NCBI GenBank assembly: GCA_963825985.1
Contig: CAWGVK010000014.1
Coordinates: forward strand, 21,334-85,333
Direction: 5' to 3'
DNA from: an uncultured Actinomycetota bacterium
GTDB lineage: Bacteria > Actinomycetota > Actinomycetes > Propionibacteriales > Nocardioidaceae
DNA: 64,000 nucleotides
The position numbers were made by a program, and so were the translations under genes. Shown here piece by piece: positions 53,301-64,000 of this stretch. Position 1 is the stretch's first letter; each line of letters opens with the position of its first letter. The notes under the pieces were generated by a model. That model was given only the letters and a program-made list of their open reading frames with translations. It made no database searches and was not told the origin of the DNA.

Positions 53301-56300
53301 GAGCCGGAGTTCACGTCGGCCTGGGTGATCGCGTACGACGCCGTGCAGGTCACCGAAGCACCGGGCGCGAGCGTCGTCGGCGCACACGTCACCGGGCCGG
53401 TCTTCGCGTCGGTGACGCCGACCGCGGTCAGCGTCCGCGCTCCGGTGTTGGTGACCACGAAGCTGTAGGCGATGGTGTCGCCGGCATCGACCCGCCCGTT
53501 GGTGTCGACGTCGACCGGGGTCGCCGCCTGCTTGTCGAGCGTCAGCGACGTCACCGTCGACGTCGGCGTGCTCGTCGAGTCGGGCGCGGAGGTGGCCACG
53601 GGTCCCGTCGGCGGCGTCCCGGAGGCCGTCGCGGTGTTGGCCACCGAACCGGCGTCCACGTCGACCTGCGTGATCACGTACGTCTTCGTGCAGGTCACCG
53701 ACGCGCTGGGCGCCAGCGCGCCGGGCGGGCAGACGACGGGTGCGGTCTTGGGGTCGGCGATGGAGATGTCGGTCAGCGTGACCGTGCCGGTGTTCTGGAC
53801 CACGAAGCTGTAGGCGATCGTGTCGCCCGCGTCGACCCGCCCGTTGTCGTTGACGTCGACCGGCGTCGCGGCCTGCTTGTCGACGGTCAGGGTCGCGACC
53901 CGCGTCGTCGTCGTGGTGGTGGTGTCGGGCGCCGACGTCACCGCGGCACCGGTCGGCGGCGTGCCGCTGGCCGTGGCCGTGTTGGCCACCGAGCCGGAGT
54001 CCACGTCGGCCTGGGCGATCGTGTAGGAGGCCGTGCAGGTGACGCTCGCGCCGGGCGCCAGGGTCGTCGTCGGGCACGAGACGTTGCCGACCTTGGGGTC
54101 GGTGACCCCGACCCCGCTCAGGGTCACCGCGCCGGTGTTGGTGATCACGAACGAGTAGGCGATGGTGTCGCCGGCGTCGACCCGGCCGTTGCCGTTGACG
54201 TCGACCGGCGGCGCCGCCTGCTTGTCGAGGCTCAGCGTGGCGAGGGTCGAGGTGGGGGTCGAGGTCGAGTCGGGCGCGGACGTGACGGCCGCCCCGGTCG
54301 GCGGCGACCCCGTGGCCGTCGCCGTGTTGTTGACCGAGCCGCTGTTCACGTCGGCCTGGGTGATCGGGTAGGTCTTGGTGCAGGTGATGGTGGCACCGGG
54401 CTGCACCGTGGTCACGCCACAGGTCACTGGCGCCAGCTTGGCGTCGTTGACGACGACGCCGGTGAGGGTGACCGCGCCGGTGTTGGTGACCAGGAAGCTG
54501 TAGGTGACGGTGTCGCCGGCGTCGACCCGACCGTTGCCGTTGGTGTCGGCCGGCGCCGAGGCGACCTTGTCGATGCTCAGCGACCTCACCGTCGAGGTCG
54601 GCGTCGACGTCGTCGAGGGGCTCGAGCTCACGGTGCCACCGGCGGGGCCGGTGCCGGAGGCGGTGGCGGAGTTGTCGACCGATCCGGCGTTCACGTCGGC
54701 CTGCGTGACCGTGTAGGCCTTGGTGCAGGTCACGCTCGCGCCCGGCGCCAGCGTCGTCGTGGGGCAGGTGACCGGGCCGGTCTTCGGGTCGCTGACGCCG
54801 ACGGTGCTCAGCGTCACCGCACCGGTGTTGGTGACCAGGAAGCTGTAGGTGATGGTGTCGCCGGCGTCGACCCGCCCGTTGGCGTTCACGTCGACCGGGG
54901 TGCCGGCGGTCTTGGCCAGCGTGAGCGCCGCCGCGGTCGAGGTGGCCGTCGTCGTGCTCGACGGCGCCGAGGTGACGAGGGTGTTGGCGGGGTTGCGGCC
55001 GTTCGCCGTCGCGGTGTTCGCGACGGTGCCGCCGTCGACGTCGGCCTGCGTGATCACGTAGGCCTTCGTGCAGGTGACCGTGGCTCCGGGGGTGAGCGTG
55101 GTCGTCGAGCAGGTGACCGCCCCGACCTTCGGGTCCGAGATCGCCACCGACGTCAGGGTCTGGGCGCCGGTGTTGGTGACCAGGAACGAGTAGATGACGG
55201 TGTCGCCGGCGTCGACCCGACCGTTGCCGTTGGTGTCGGCCGGCGTGCCGGCCGACTTGGTGAGCGACAGCGTCGACAGGGTCGAGGTCGGCGTGCTGGT
55301 CGTGTCGGGCGCGGACGTGACCGGCGCGCCGGTGGGCGGGGTGCCGGACGCCGTCGCGGAGTTGTCGACGGCGCCGGCGTTCACGTCGGCCTGCGTGACC
55401 GTGTACGTCGCGGTGCAGGTGGTGCTGCCGCCCGGCTGCAGCGTCGTGACCGGACAGCTCGCCCCGGTCACCTTGGGGTCGTTGACGACGACGCCGGTGA
55501 GCGTCTGGGCGCCGGTGTTGGTGACCAGGAACGTGTAGCCGATGGTGTCGCCGGCGTCGACCCGGCCGTTGCCGTTGACGTCGGTGGTCGCACCCACCGC
55601 CTTGTCGACGCTGAGGCTGCGCAGCACGCTGGTCGGGGTCGACGTCGTCGACGGTGTCGAGTTGATGCGGGCCCCGGTCGGCGTCGTGGCCGCGACGACC
55701 GCGCTGTTGGCCACCGCACCGGCGTTCACGTCGGCCTGGGTGATCGTGTAGGCCTGCGTGCAGGTCACGCTCGCGCCCGGCGCCAGCGTCCGGGTCGGGC
55801 AGGTGATGGTGCCGACCTTCGCGTCGGTGACCGTCAGCAGGGTGAGCGTGAGCGGACCGGTGTTGGTGGACACGAACGAGTAGGTGATGGTGTCGCCGGC
55901 GTCGACCCGGCCGTTGCCGTTGGTGTCGACCGGGGTGCCGGCGGTCTTGACCAGGCCGATGGTGGCGGCGGCGCTGGTGGCGACGGAGTTGGTGTCGCTC
56001 GCGGTGGTGGCGGCGCCGGTGGGTGGGGTGCCGGTCGCGGTCGCGGTGTTGGACACGCTGCCGGAGTCGACGTCGGCCTGGGTGATCACGTACGGCGCCG
56101 CCGTGCACGTGGTCGAGGCTCCCGGCGCGAGCGTGCTCGCCGGGCAGCTGATGCCGGTGACCTTGGGGTCGGTGACCCCGACCGCGGTCAGCGTGACGTC
56201 GCCGGTGTTGGTGACCAGGAACGAGTAGGTGATCCGGTCGCCGGCGTCGACGCGGCCGTTGGCGTTCTGGTCGACCGGGGTCGCGTTGGTCTTGTCGACC

Positions 56301-59300
56301 GTGATCGCCTTGAGCGTGCTCGTCGGCGTGTTCCGTGTCGCCGCGGCGGTGACCGCCGCGCCGGTCGGTGGGGTGCCCGAGGCGGTCGCGGTGTTGGACA
56401 CCTGGCCGGCGTTCACGTCGGCCTGGGTGACGGGGTACGCCGCGGCGGTGCAGGTGGTCGAGGCGCCCGGGAGCAGCGTGGTCGCCGGACAGCTGACCGC
56501 GCCGACCTTCGGGTCGGTCACGCCGACGGCGGTGAGGGTGACGTTGCCTGCGTTGGTGACCACGAACGAGTAGGTGATCGTGTCGCCGGCGTTGAGACGG
56601 CCGTCGGCGCCCGTGTTCGGAGTCGCGAGCTTGTCGAGGGTGATCGCCGGGTTGCGCGTGATCGAGAGGGTGTTGGTGTCGGTGGCCGCGGCGTTCGGCA
56701 GCCCCGGGACCGCAGAGACACCTGTGGCGTTCGCGGTGTTGACGACCTGACCGGCGTTCACGTCGGCCTGGGTGAGGGTGTACGTCGCGGTGCAGGTGCG
56801 GGTCGCCCCCGGCGCCAGCGACCCGGCCGGGCAGGCGACCGTGCCGACCTTGGCGTCGGTCACCGAGACCGACGAGAGCGTGACGTTGCCGGTGTTGGTG
56901 ACCGCGAAGGTGTACGGCACGGTCGACCCGGCGGCGCTCCCCGTGGGCGTGCCCGCCACCTTAACGAGGGTGATCCGGGGCACCAGGGGGGTGTTGGTGA
57001 ACAGGCAGTAGGCGGCGGTGCCGTCGGTCCCGGCGGCGCTGGGCATGGTGAACGTCGCGACGTTGCCCGTGCCGGAGGAGAGCACTCCCCCGGTCGTGAG
57101 GTTGGTGCACGTGTAGGTGACGGCGTACTGGTTGGTTGAGATGCCGGTCTGGGTAGCCGTGTAGCCGATGCCGTCCAGGCCGAACACGGTGCCGGCGGTC
57201 TCTGCGGGCGTGTTCTGCAGGCCGGTGTCGGCGCCGGCCGTCGTGCCGGTGTTGTTGGTGGCGATGCCGCCGCCGGTGAGCGTGACCGTGGCCTGGTCCC
57301 CGGCGGCGGCGCGACCCTCGGGGAAGGTGACCTGGCCACGGATCGTGTTCGGCGAGGAGCACGAGGACAGGTCGACCGAGCCGCTGGAGGCAGCGCCGCT
57401 GAGCGGCTGGGTGGACTCGACGGCGCCGGTCGTGGGGTTGACCGTGCGGACCTGGGTCGTGCTGGCGATCAGCAGGCGTCGGCTGCCCTGGCCGCCGAAC
57501 GCGATGCCGTTGGCGATCGCGACCCCCGTGTCGGGTCCGTTGACCGTGGCGAGCACCTCGGAGGTGAGGGTGATCGCGCCCGGCGTCGCCGGGATGGTCT
57601 CGTTGATCGCGGACACCACGGCCTGGGTGTTGCCGGACCCGGCGACGTACAGGTTGCCCTGGTTGTCGAAGGCGAGGTCGCCGTTCGCACCGCCCGTGCC
57701 GATGGTGCCCGAGCCCACCAGACCGAGGTCGGTGCCCGTCAGCGGGTTGAAGCCGTAGACGTAGAGCGTGCCGCCGGTGATGCCGCCGAAGTAGTAGATG
57801 CCGGTGCTCGGGTTGACCGCGCCGTGGGTGGCGGTGCTGAGGGTGCCGGTGGGGATGGTCGTCGAGCCCACCTGCGTGACCGCAGCGGTGGTGCGGTTGT
57901 AGGAGTAGATGTTGCGCACGTTGGCGTTGCCGGCCGACGCGACGACGCCGTAGATGAGGGTGCCGTCGTCGTTGATGCCGAGGGCGTTCAGGTTGGCGTC
58001 GTCGGTGACCCCGCTGAGGGTGCCGAAGGCGGACCCGGAGGCGCTCAGGACGCCGGTCGACGGCGTGATCTGCCAGACGTTGCGCGGGGCGACGCCCTGC
58101 AAGGCGTAGATGTTGGCGCAGTTGAGGGCCGACTGCGCGATGGTGACGCGGTAGTCCTCGGTCTCTCCGGAGTCGACCCGGCCGGTCGCGCTGGCCAGGG
58201 TCGCCGCGGTGCCGTACGCCGCGCGGAAGCGGGCGTAGGTCTGCCCACCGGTGGTGGCGGCGGGCACGCTCCAGGTGAGCGTGACGCTCGTGGCCCCGGC
58301 GGCGAAGGTCCCGCAGACCCGTTCGCCGGTCGCGAAGGTGCCGGCCTTGTCGAAGTCGATCCAGCCGCAGACCGCACCGGCCTTCGAGGCACCGGAGACG
58401 GGCACGGTGACGCTGTAGCCGTTGGGCACGCCGATCGCGGACGCCGGGATCGGGGCGGGGTTGGTGGCGAAGGCGTTCTCGTCGGCGCCGTCGCCGTTGG
58501 TGCCGCTGTTGTCGGCACCGGCCGCCACCGAGTTGGCGCTGGTGCCGGGGTTGCTCGCGCTGGTGTTGTCGGCGTCCACGCTGCTGCCGAGCCTGAGGTC
58601 GCCGATCGTGTTGGCGGCCGCCACCGTGCCCTCGTACCCCGCGGGGGCGTCGCCCTGGTCCTCCTCGAGGCTGGCGACGATGTTGAAGCCCTCGTCGTTC
58701 GGGTCGGTGGTGCTGCCCCCGACCGCGACGCTGACCTGCGAGACGGTGAACGTCAGGCTGGTGACGGTGCCGGTGACCGACACGCTGCCGCAGCCGGCGT
58801 TCGCGGCCGGGAGCGGCGTCTGGACGTTGTTGTCGCAGGCGGTGCCCTGGTTGGCGGTGGTGGTGTCGATGGTGTCGCCGCCGGTGATCCGCAGGTTGCT
58901 CGCCCCCGGCTGGACGCTGCCGAGGGTGGCTCCGGCGGGCGACGACGAGGAGAGGGTCAGCCGGTTGTGGCCGCGAGTGGCCTGGGCGCCGCCGCCGGTG
59001 AAGCTGCCGAGGCCCGCGACGTGCACGGTGGGGTTGGTGACGGGCTGGTTGAAGCTCAGGGTGAGGGTGCCGAGGCCGGTGCAGGTCTCGGTCACGTCGC
59101 AGTCGTCGGGCAGGGTCGTGACCATCCGGAACGTCGGGGTCGTGCCCGGGATCGGCGGGTCGTAGGTCTGCGCTCCGACGCCGGTGGACATGGTGGCCGT
59201 GTTGTCGAGGAGGGTCGTGGGAGCGCCGCTGTTGGTGGGGCCGCCGGTGCCGTCGACCGTGGCGATCGTCTGCACCAGACCCGAGGGCAGCGCGATCGTG

Positions 59301-59455
59301 CCGGTGCGGGCACCGTTGGCACCGGTGCGCGCGGCCCCGGTCGCGGGCGCCGTGTCGGCCTGGGCAGGGGTCGCAGGCCCGAGGAGTGGCACCAGCGCCA
59401 GCACCAGGGAGGCCGCCACCGCAACTCGCGTCGCGGCGCGCAACCTAGGACTCAC
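41302..59455 (-). CDS. Giant LPXTG-anchored surface protein (~6,050 aa after repairing 3 indels): signal peptide, N-terminal domain, GEVED-like domain, beta-propeller, ~45 DUF11/DUF7507-like repeats, LPGTG-TM-RRRSR
   Basis: ORFs 51509-59455, 47341-53250, 44390-47197 and 41302-44904 join in repeat register at indels ~53278, ~47360 and ~45020; AQA cleavage site; GWIDFDK..TYARFR..GETEDY. Confidence 0.88.
41480..56975 (-). repeat. ~45 tandem ~345-bp (115-aa) coding repeats
   Basis: Unit consensus [31 protein letters not shown]...D...G.V.C..TTLAPG.S.TCTA.Y.ITQADV..GSV.NTATA.GTPPTG..V.S.PD.TST. Confidence 0.92.
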
Positions 59456-59934
59456 GCACGGCCGTCCTTCGACTCCAGCCGCCCGGCCAGCGCCATCGGC
59501 ACGCAGGCGGCGGTGTCGGCACCCGGGACGGTCGCGTCGAGCCGCCAGTCGGCGCTCTCGCCCGCCCCAAGCTCGTTCAGCGTCGCGATGCCGCGGGCCA
59601 CGACGTCGCCCGTGTCGCCGACGGTCCAGCTGACGACCACTACCACGTCGCGCGCGGACTCGGCGGAGTTCGTCGCCGTGCCGGAGGCCGCGACGTCACC
59701 GGCCTCGGTGTCGCAGGAGTCGACGACGACGTCGCCGATGACCCCCTTCGGCGTCTTCGCGAAGGCCGGGATCACGGGCACGTCCGCCGGGGTGATCACA
59801 CCGTCGGACGCCGCGGGCTCGGCACCGACCTCGGATGCCGTGGTCGGCTCGGCCGAGGGGTCAGGGTCGTCACCGGAGCAGCCGGCCGCACCGAGGCCCA
59901 GGACGAGAAGTAGGGCGCCGACAGCGGTCTTCAC
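59452..59934 (-). CDS. Lipoprotein with Ig-like (FxLYD-like) C-terminal domain
   Basis: [18 protein letters not shown] lipobox; [32 protein letters not shown]; stop overlaps the giant gene start (GTGA). Confidence 0.8.
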   Translation of the reverse strand: MKTAVGALLLVLGLGAAGCSGDDPDPSAEPTTASEVGAEPAASDGVITPADVPVIPAFAKTPKGVIGDVVVDSCDTEAGDVAASGTATNSAESARDVVVVVSWTVGDTGDVVARGIATLNELGAGESADWRLDATVPGADTAACVPMALAGRLESKDGRA

Positions 59935-60101
59935 GTGAGGGGTTGCCTTCCGAGCTCTGAGACACGACACACGCGGCGTCAGTGTGGACCTCACCGTACC
60001 CATTCGCGCGGCTCTCAGGAGGTTGGTGTCCGAAATTCCTGGCCAACTGTCAAAACCGGTTCCGCCGGCCCGGGCCTTGCGCCCTCTGGGAGGATGGAGG
60101 C

Positions 60102-60752
<651 letters not shown>

Positions 60753-60784
60753 CCACGCGCGTGAGCGATCTGCTCCGCGGGTGG

Positions 60785-61681
60785 CTAGTCCTTACCGGAG
60801 ACGTCGATCAACGTCTCCGCCGACGCGGCCCACGAGGCGAGGAGCCGGAGTCCCTCGGCTGAGGGAGACGCGGGCTCGGCGGTGTAGACGAGAAGGACCA
60901 GCCCGGGTTCGGCGGTGATGGCGAGCTCTTCGTAGGCGAGCGTCAGCTCGCCCACGACCGGGTGGTGGAAGCGTTTGGTCCCGGCGCCATGGGTGCGGAC
61001 GTTGTGGTCGGCCCACAGCCGGCGGAACGTCTCGCTGCGGGTTGAGAGCTCACCCACGAGGTCCTGGAGGCCACGGTCGTGGGGGTCGCGGCCGGCCTCG
61101 GTGCGCATGATGCCGACGCACATCTGGGCGAACAGCTCCCAGTCGGGATAGAAGTCGCGGGAGGCGGGATCGAGGAACTGGAAGCGGGCCAGGTTCGGCG
61201 TCCGACCGCCGCCGCCGATCACGGGCGAGTAGAACGCGCGCCCCAAGGCGTTGGTGGCCAGCAGGTTCTGGTGCGGGTCGCGGACGAATGCCACGCCCTC
61301 GGTGATGGATTCGAGTGCCCAGCGCAGGCTCAGCCGCGACGCCGCCTTGGCAGGCGTGCGCCGCCGGGGGCGCCCCGAGGTGGGGATGCCGTCGGCGGCG
61401 CGCGCGAGGTCGAAGAGGTGGGCGCGTTCGGTCTCGTCGAGCTGCAGCGCTCGGGCCAGGGCTTCGAGGACCCCGGAGGATGCGCCGGCGATCTGTCCAC
61501 GCTCGAGTCGGGCGTAGTACTCGACGCTGAGGCCGGCCAGCGAGGCGACCTCGCTGCGGCGCAGCCCCGGCACCCGCCGGCTGCCGGTGGTCGGGAGGCC
61601 GACCTGGTCCGGTGTGATGCGGGCACGACGGGTCGTGAGGAACTCGCTCACTTCCTGGCGCACGTCCTGGCGGTTGTCCAC
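60785..61681 (-). CDS. XRE-family regulator with MmyB-like ligand-binding domain
   Basis: EFLTTRRARITP, RRVPGLRRSEVASLAGLSVEYYARLERG, NLARFQFLDP, LVGELSTRS, FHHPVVGELTL. Confidence 0.92.
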   Translation of the reverse strand: MDNRQDVRQEVSEFLTTRRARITPDQVGLPTTGSRRVPGLRRSEVASLAGLSVEYYARLERGQIAGASSGVLEALARALQLDETERAHLFDLARAADGIPTSGRPRRRTPAKAASRLSLRWALESITEGVAFVRDPHQNLLATNALGRAFYSPVIGGGGRTPNLARFQFLDPASRDFYPDWELFAQMCVGIMRTEAGRDPHDRGLQDLVGELSTRSETFRRLWADHNVRTHGAGTKRFHHPVVGELTLAYEELAITAEPGLVLLVYTAEPASPSAEGLRLLASWAASAETLIDVSGKD

Positions 61682-61851
61682 GACGTCGAGCCTAGAGGGC
61701 CGCCGCGCCTGTCCGACGTGACGAGGGATGCCCTGCGAGTACGCCTATCAGCAGTGACTTCCACGACGTCCCGGCACCGAGTTCACTCGATGTCGTGGGG
61801 CCGACATGGCACCGCGAGCCACGACGAGCCGAGGAATGAGGAGTAGGTGCG

Positions 61852-62871
61852 ATGCGTCAGGTAGTCATGCACGGACCGGGGGACGTCCGGGTCGAGGACC
61901 GCGAGGACCCGAGGATCATCGAGCCCACCGACGCGATCATCCGGCTCGCGGCGACCTGCATCTGCGGCAGCGACCTCTGGCCCTACCGAGGCGCCGAGCC
62001 GGTCGACCACCAGGTGATGGGTCACGAGTACGCCGGCGTCGTCGAGGAGGTCGGCTCGGAGGTCCGCAGCATCGCCGTCGGTGACTTCGTCGTCGGTTCC
62101 TTCTGGGCGTCGGACAACACCTGCGAGATCTGCCAGGCGGGCTACCAGGCCTACTGCGTGCACCGGGTGCTGATGGGCACCATCGGCACCCAGTCCGAGC
62201 TGGCCCGTGTCCCCCTTGCCGACGGCACGCTTGTCGCCACCCCCGGAGTGCCGGATCCGGACCTCATCCCATCCCTGATGGCGGCCTCCGACGTGCTCGG
62301 CACCGGGTGGTTCGCCGCCGAAGCAGCCCAGGCCGGTCCCGGCAAGACCGTCGCGGTCGTCGGTGACGGCGCGGTGGGCCTGCTCGGCATCCTGGCCGCC
62401 CAGCAGCTGGGCGCCGAGCGGATCATCGCCTTCAGCCGGCACGCGGACCGACAGGCGCTGGCACGCGAGTTCGGCGCCACCGACATCGTCGAGCAGCGTG
62501 GCGAGGCGGGCGTCGCCCGCGTCAAGGAGCTCACCGGCGGGCGCGGCGCCCACTCGGTCATCGAGGCGGTCGGCACTCAGGAGGCCATGATGCAGGCCAT
62601 CCACTCCACCCGACCCGGTGGACACGTCGGATTCGTCGGCGTCTCCCACGACGTCGCCATTCCTGGCGACGAGCTCTTCATGGCCGGCGTGCACATCCAC
62701 GGCGGACCCGCGCCGGTCCGCCAGTACCTGCCGGAGCTGATCCAGCTCATCTGGGACCGCACGATCGACCCGGGCAAGGTCTTCGACCTCAGCCTCCCGC
62801 TCGAGAAGGCGGCCGAGGGGTACCGGGCGATGGACCAGCGCACCGCCACCAAGGTGCTGCTGACGCTGTGA
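61852..62871 (+). CDS. Zinc-dependent alcohol dehydrogenase (MDR family)
   Basis: CICGSDLW, GHEYAG, VGDGAVG. Confidence 0.92.
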   Translation: MRQVVMHGPGDVRVEDREDPRIIEPTDAIIRLAATCICGSDLWPYRGAEPVDHQVMGHEYAGVVEEVGSEVRSIAVGDFVVGSFWASDNTCEICQAGYQAYCVHRVLMGTIGTQSELARVPLADGTLVATPGVPDPDLIPSLMAASDVLGTGWFAAEAAQAGPGKTVAVVGDGAVGLLGILAAQQLGAERIIAFSRHADRQALAREFGATDIVEQRGEAGVARVKELTGGRGAHSVIEAVGTQEAMMQAIHSTRPGGHVGFVGVSHDVAIPGDELFMAGVHIHGGPAPVRQYLPELIQLIWDRTIDPGKVFDLSLPLEKAAEGYRAMDQRTATKVLLTL

Positions 62872-63401
62872 CCGCGAAGTGCCGACACCGGACGACGCTG
62901 GCCGCGGTGCTGCCGCCCCTGGGTCTGATCGCGGCACTCTCGGGGTGTGCCGACAGCACCGAGACGCAGGCATCCGCCGCCGACCGTGTGACCACCACCA
63001 CCTCGACCACCTCTCCCAGCACGGCCGACCACGAGGAGACCATCCCGGTGCAGATTCAGATCACGATCGGCGACCAGCAGCTCGGCGCCACCCTGGAGGA
63101 CAGCGCCGCCTCGCGCGATCTGCTCGCGCAACTCCCGGTGATCGTCGACATGGTCGACCACGGCGGGGTCGAGAAGACCGGCCCCCTTCCCTCGCCGCTC
63201 TCGACCGCCGGGGAACCCGAAGGAGCCGACCCCGACATAGGAGCCGTCGGCTACTACGCCCCTGGCAGCGACCTGGTCCTCTACTACGGCGACCAGTCGT
63301 ATTTCCCGGGGATCGTCGTCCTCGGACGCCTCGATGGCGACGCCGCCACGCGACTCGCTGACCTCGACGGACCGGTCACCGCGCGGGTCGAGACCCGGTG
63401 A
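62868..63401 (+). CDS. Cyclophilin-like fold lipoprotein
   Basis: Lipobox LSGC; [39 protein letters not shown]. Confidence 0.78.
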   Translation: MTAKCRHRTTLAAVLPPLGLIAALSGCADSTETQASAADRVTTTTSTTSPSTADHEETIPVQIQITIGDQQLGATLEDSAASRDLLAQLPVIVDMVDHGGVEKTGPLPSPLSTAGEPEGADPDIGAVGYYAPGSDLVLYYGDQSYFPGIVVLGRLDGDAATRLADLDGPVTARVETR

Positions 63402-63991
63402 CCGCCATGGAACTGCAGGACTTCCTCGACCACGTGAACAGCGGTGCGCCCATCGAGGGCGGCTCGCAGCAACACCGGTTCATACACGACGCCGCGCAGG
63501 AGGCGTTCCGCATCACCGCCGAGATCAACACCGGACACCGCTCGCCCGACGAGATACGCGACCTGATGAGCCGGCTCACAGGCCAGTCACTCGACGCATC
63601 GGTCGTCGTGTTCCCGCCGTTTCACAGCGAGTTCGGCAAGAACCTGCGCCTGGGCAAGAAGGTCTTCATCAACCTCGGTTGCCGCTTCCAGGACACGGGG
63701 GGTCTCACCATCGGCGACGGCACGCTGATCGGCCATGGCAGCACACTGACGACGCTCAACCACCGAGTCGATCCCGCTCGGCGAGCAGACATGCTGCCGT
63801 CCCCGATCTCGATCGGTCGCAACGTCTGGCTCGGCGCGGGCGTCACCGTCGTACCCGGCGTCACCATCGGCGACGGCGCCATCGTCGGCGCGGGCTCCGT
63901 CGTCACCAAGGACGTAGCTGCCGACACTATCGTCGCCGGAGTCCCGGCGAAGGCCCTACGCGCCACCGGCTTCGAGTCCGCATCAGGATAG
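63398..63991 (+). CDS. Sugar O-acetyltransferase (maltose/galactoside type, hexapeptide repeat)
   Basis: [61 protein letters not shown]. Confidence 0.9.
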   Translation: MTAMELQDFLDHVNSGAPIEGGSQQHRFIHDAAQEAFRITAEINTGHRSPDEIRDLMSRLTGQSLDASVVVFPPFHSEFGKNLRLGKKVFINLGCRFQDTGGLTIGDGTLIGHGSTLTTLNHRVDPARRADMLPSPISIGRNVWLGAGVTVVPGVTIGDGAIVGAGSVVTKDVAADTIVAGVPAKALRATGFESASG

Positions 63992-64000
63992 GAAGAGTTC

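Noticed and set aside
41302-59455. Four separate surface-protein genes, or programmed frameshifting/phase variation
   Set aside because: Breaks are single-base indels in repeat register; only one signal peptide and one LPXTG exist; no slippery heptamers or long homopolymers; similar indels hit housekeeping genes
41762-59938. Many plus-strand ORFs (e.g. [10 protein letters not shown]..., 1337 aa, 1120 aa, 918 aa)
   Set aside because: Antisense shadows of the high-GC repeat gene; their periodicity mirrors the 345-bp repeat
59935-60100. Riboswitch upstream of the lipoprotein-adhesin operon
   Set aside because: No recognisable c-di-GMP or c-di-AMP aptamer; only promoter-like hexamers (TACGGT, TTGACA) seen

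Overview
High-GC actinobacterial chromosome segment (gene content and repeat type suggest Nocardioides or a relative). The backbone is the conserved actinobacterial block glpX(3' end)-DUF1707-fumarases-lytic transglycosylase-phoH2-isoprenyl transferase-hemolysin III-mca-DUF4307-greA-ilvA-metB-msrA. Interspersed are a sugar ABC system (msiK with its leader RNA motif, plus a divergent binding protein/permease/ATPase operon), a TPP-riboswitch-controlled thiamine operon, two ECF sigma modules, two ArsR modules and a REP-like palindromic repeat array. The dominant feature is an ~18.1 kb minus-strand gene (41302-59455). After repairing three single-base indels it encodes an ~6,050 aa sortase-anchored surface protein: signal peptide, GEVED-like domain, beta-propeller, ~45 Ig-like DUF11/DUF7507-type repeats, LPGTG. 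It is translationally coupled to an upstream lipoprotein. An accessory-looking XRE-MmyB/ADH/cyclophilin-like/acetyltransferase cluster ends the window. About 11 single-base frameshifts, several in housekeeping genes, most likely reflect long-read errors. Many genes appear to be leaderless (TAnnnT 6-7 nt before the start codon). All calls are by motif recognition; no database searches were run.
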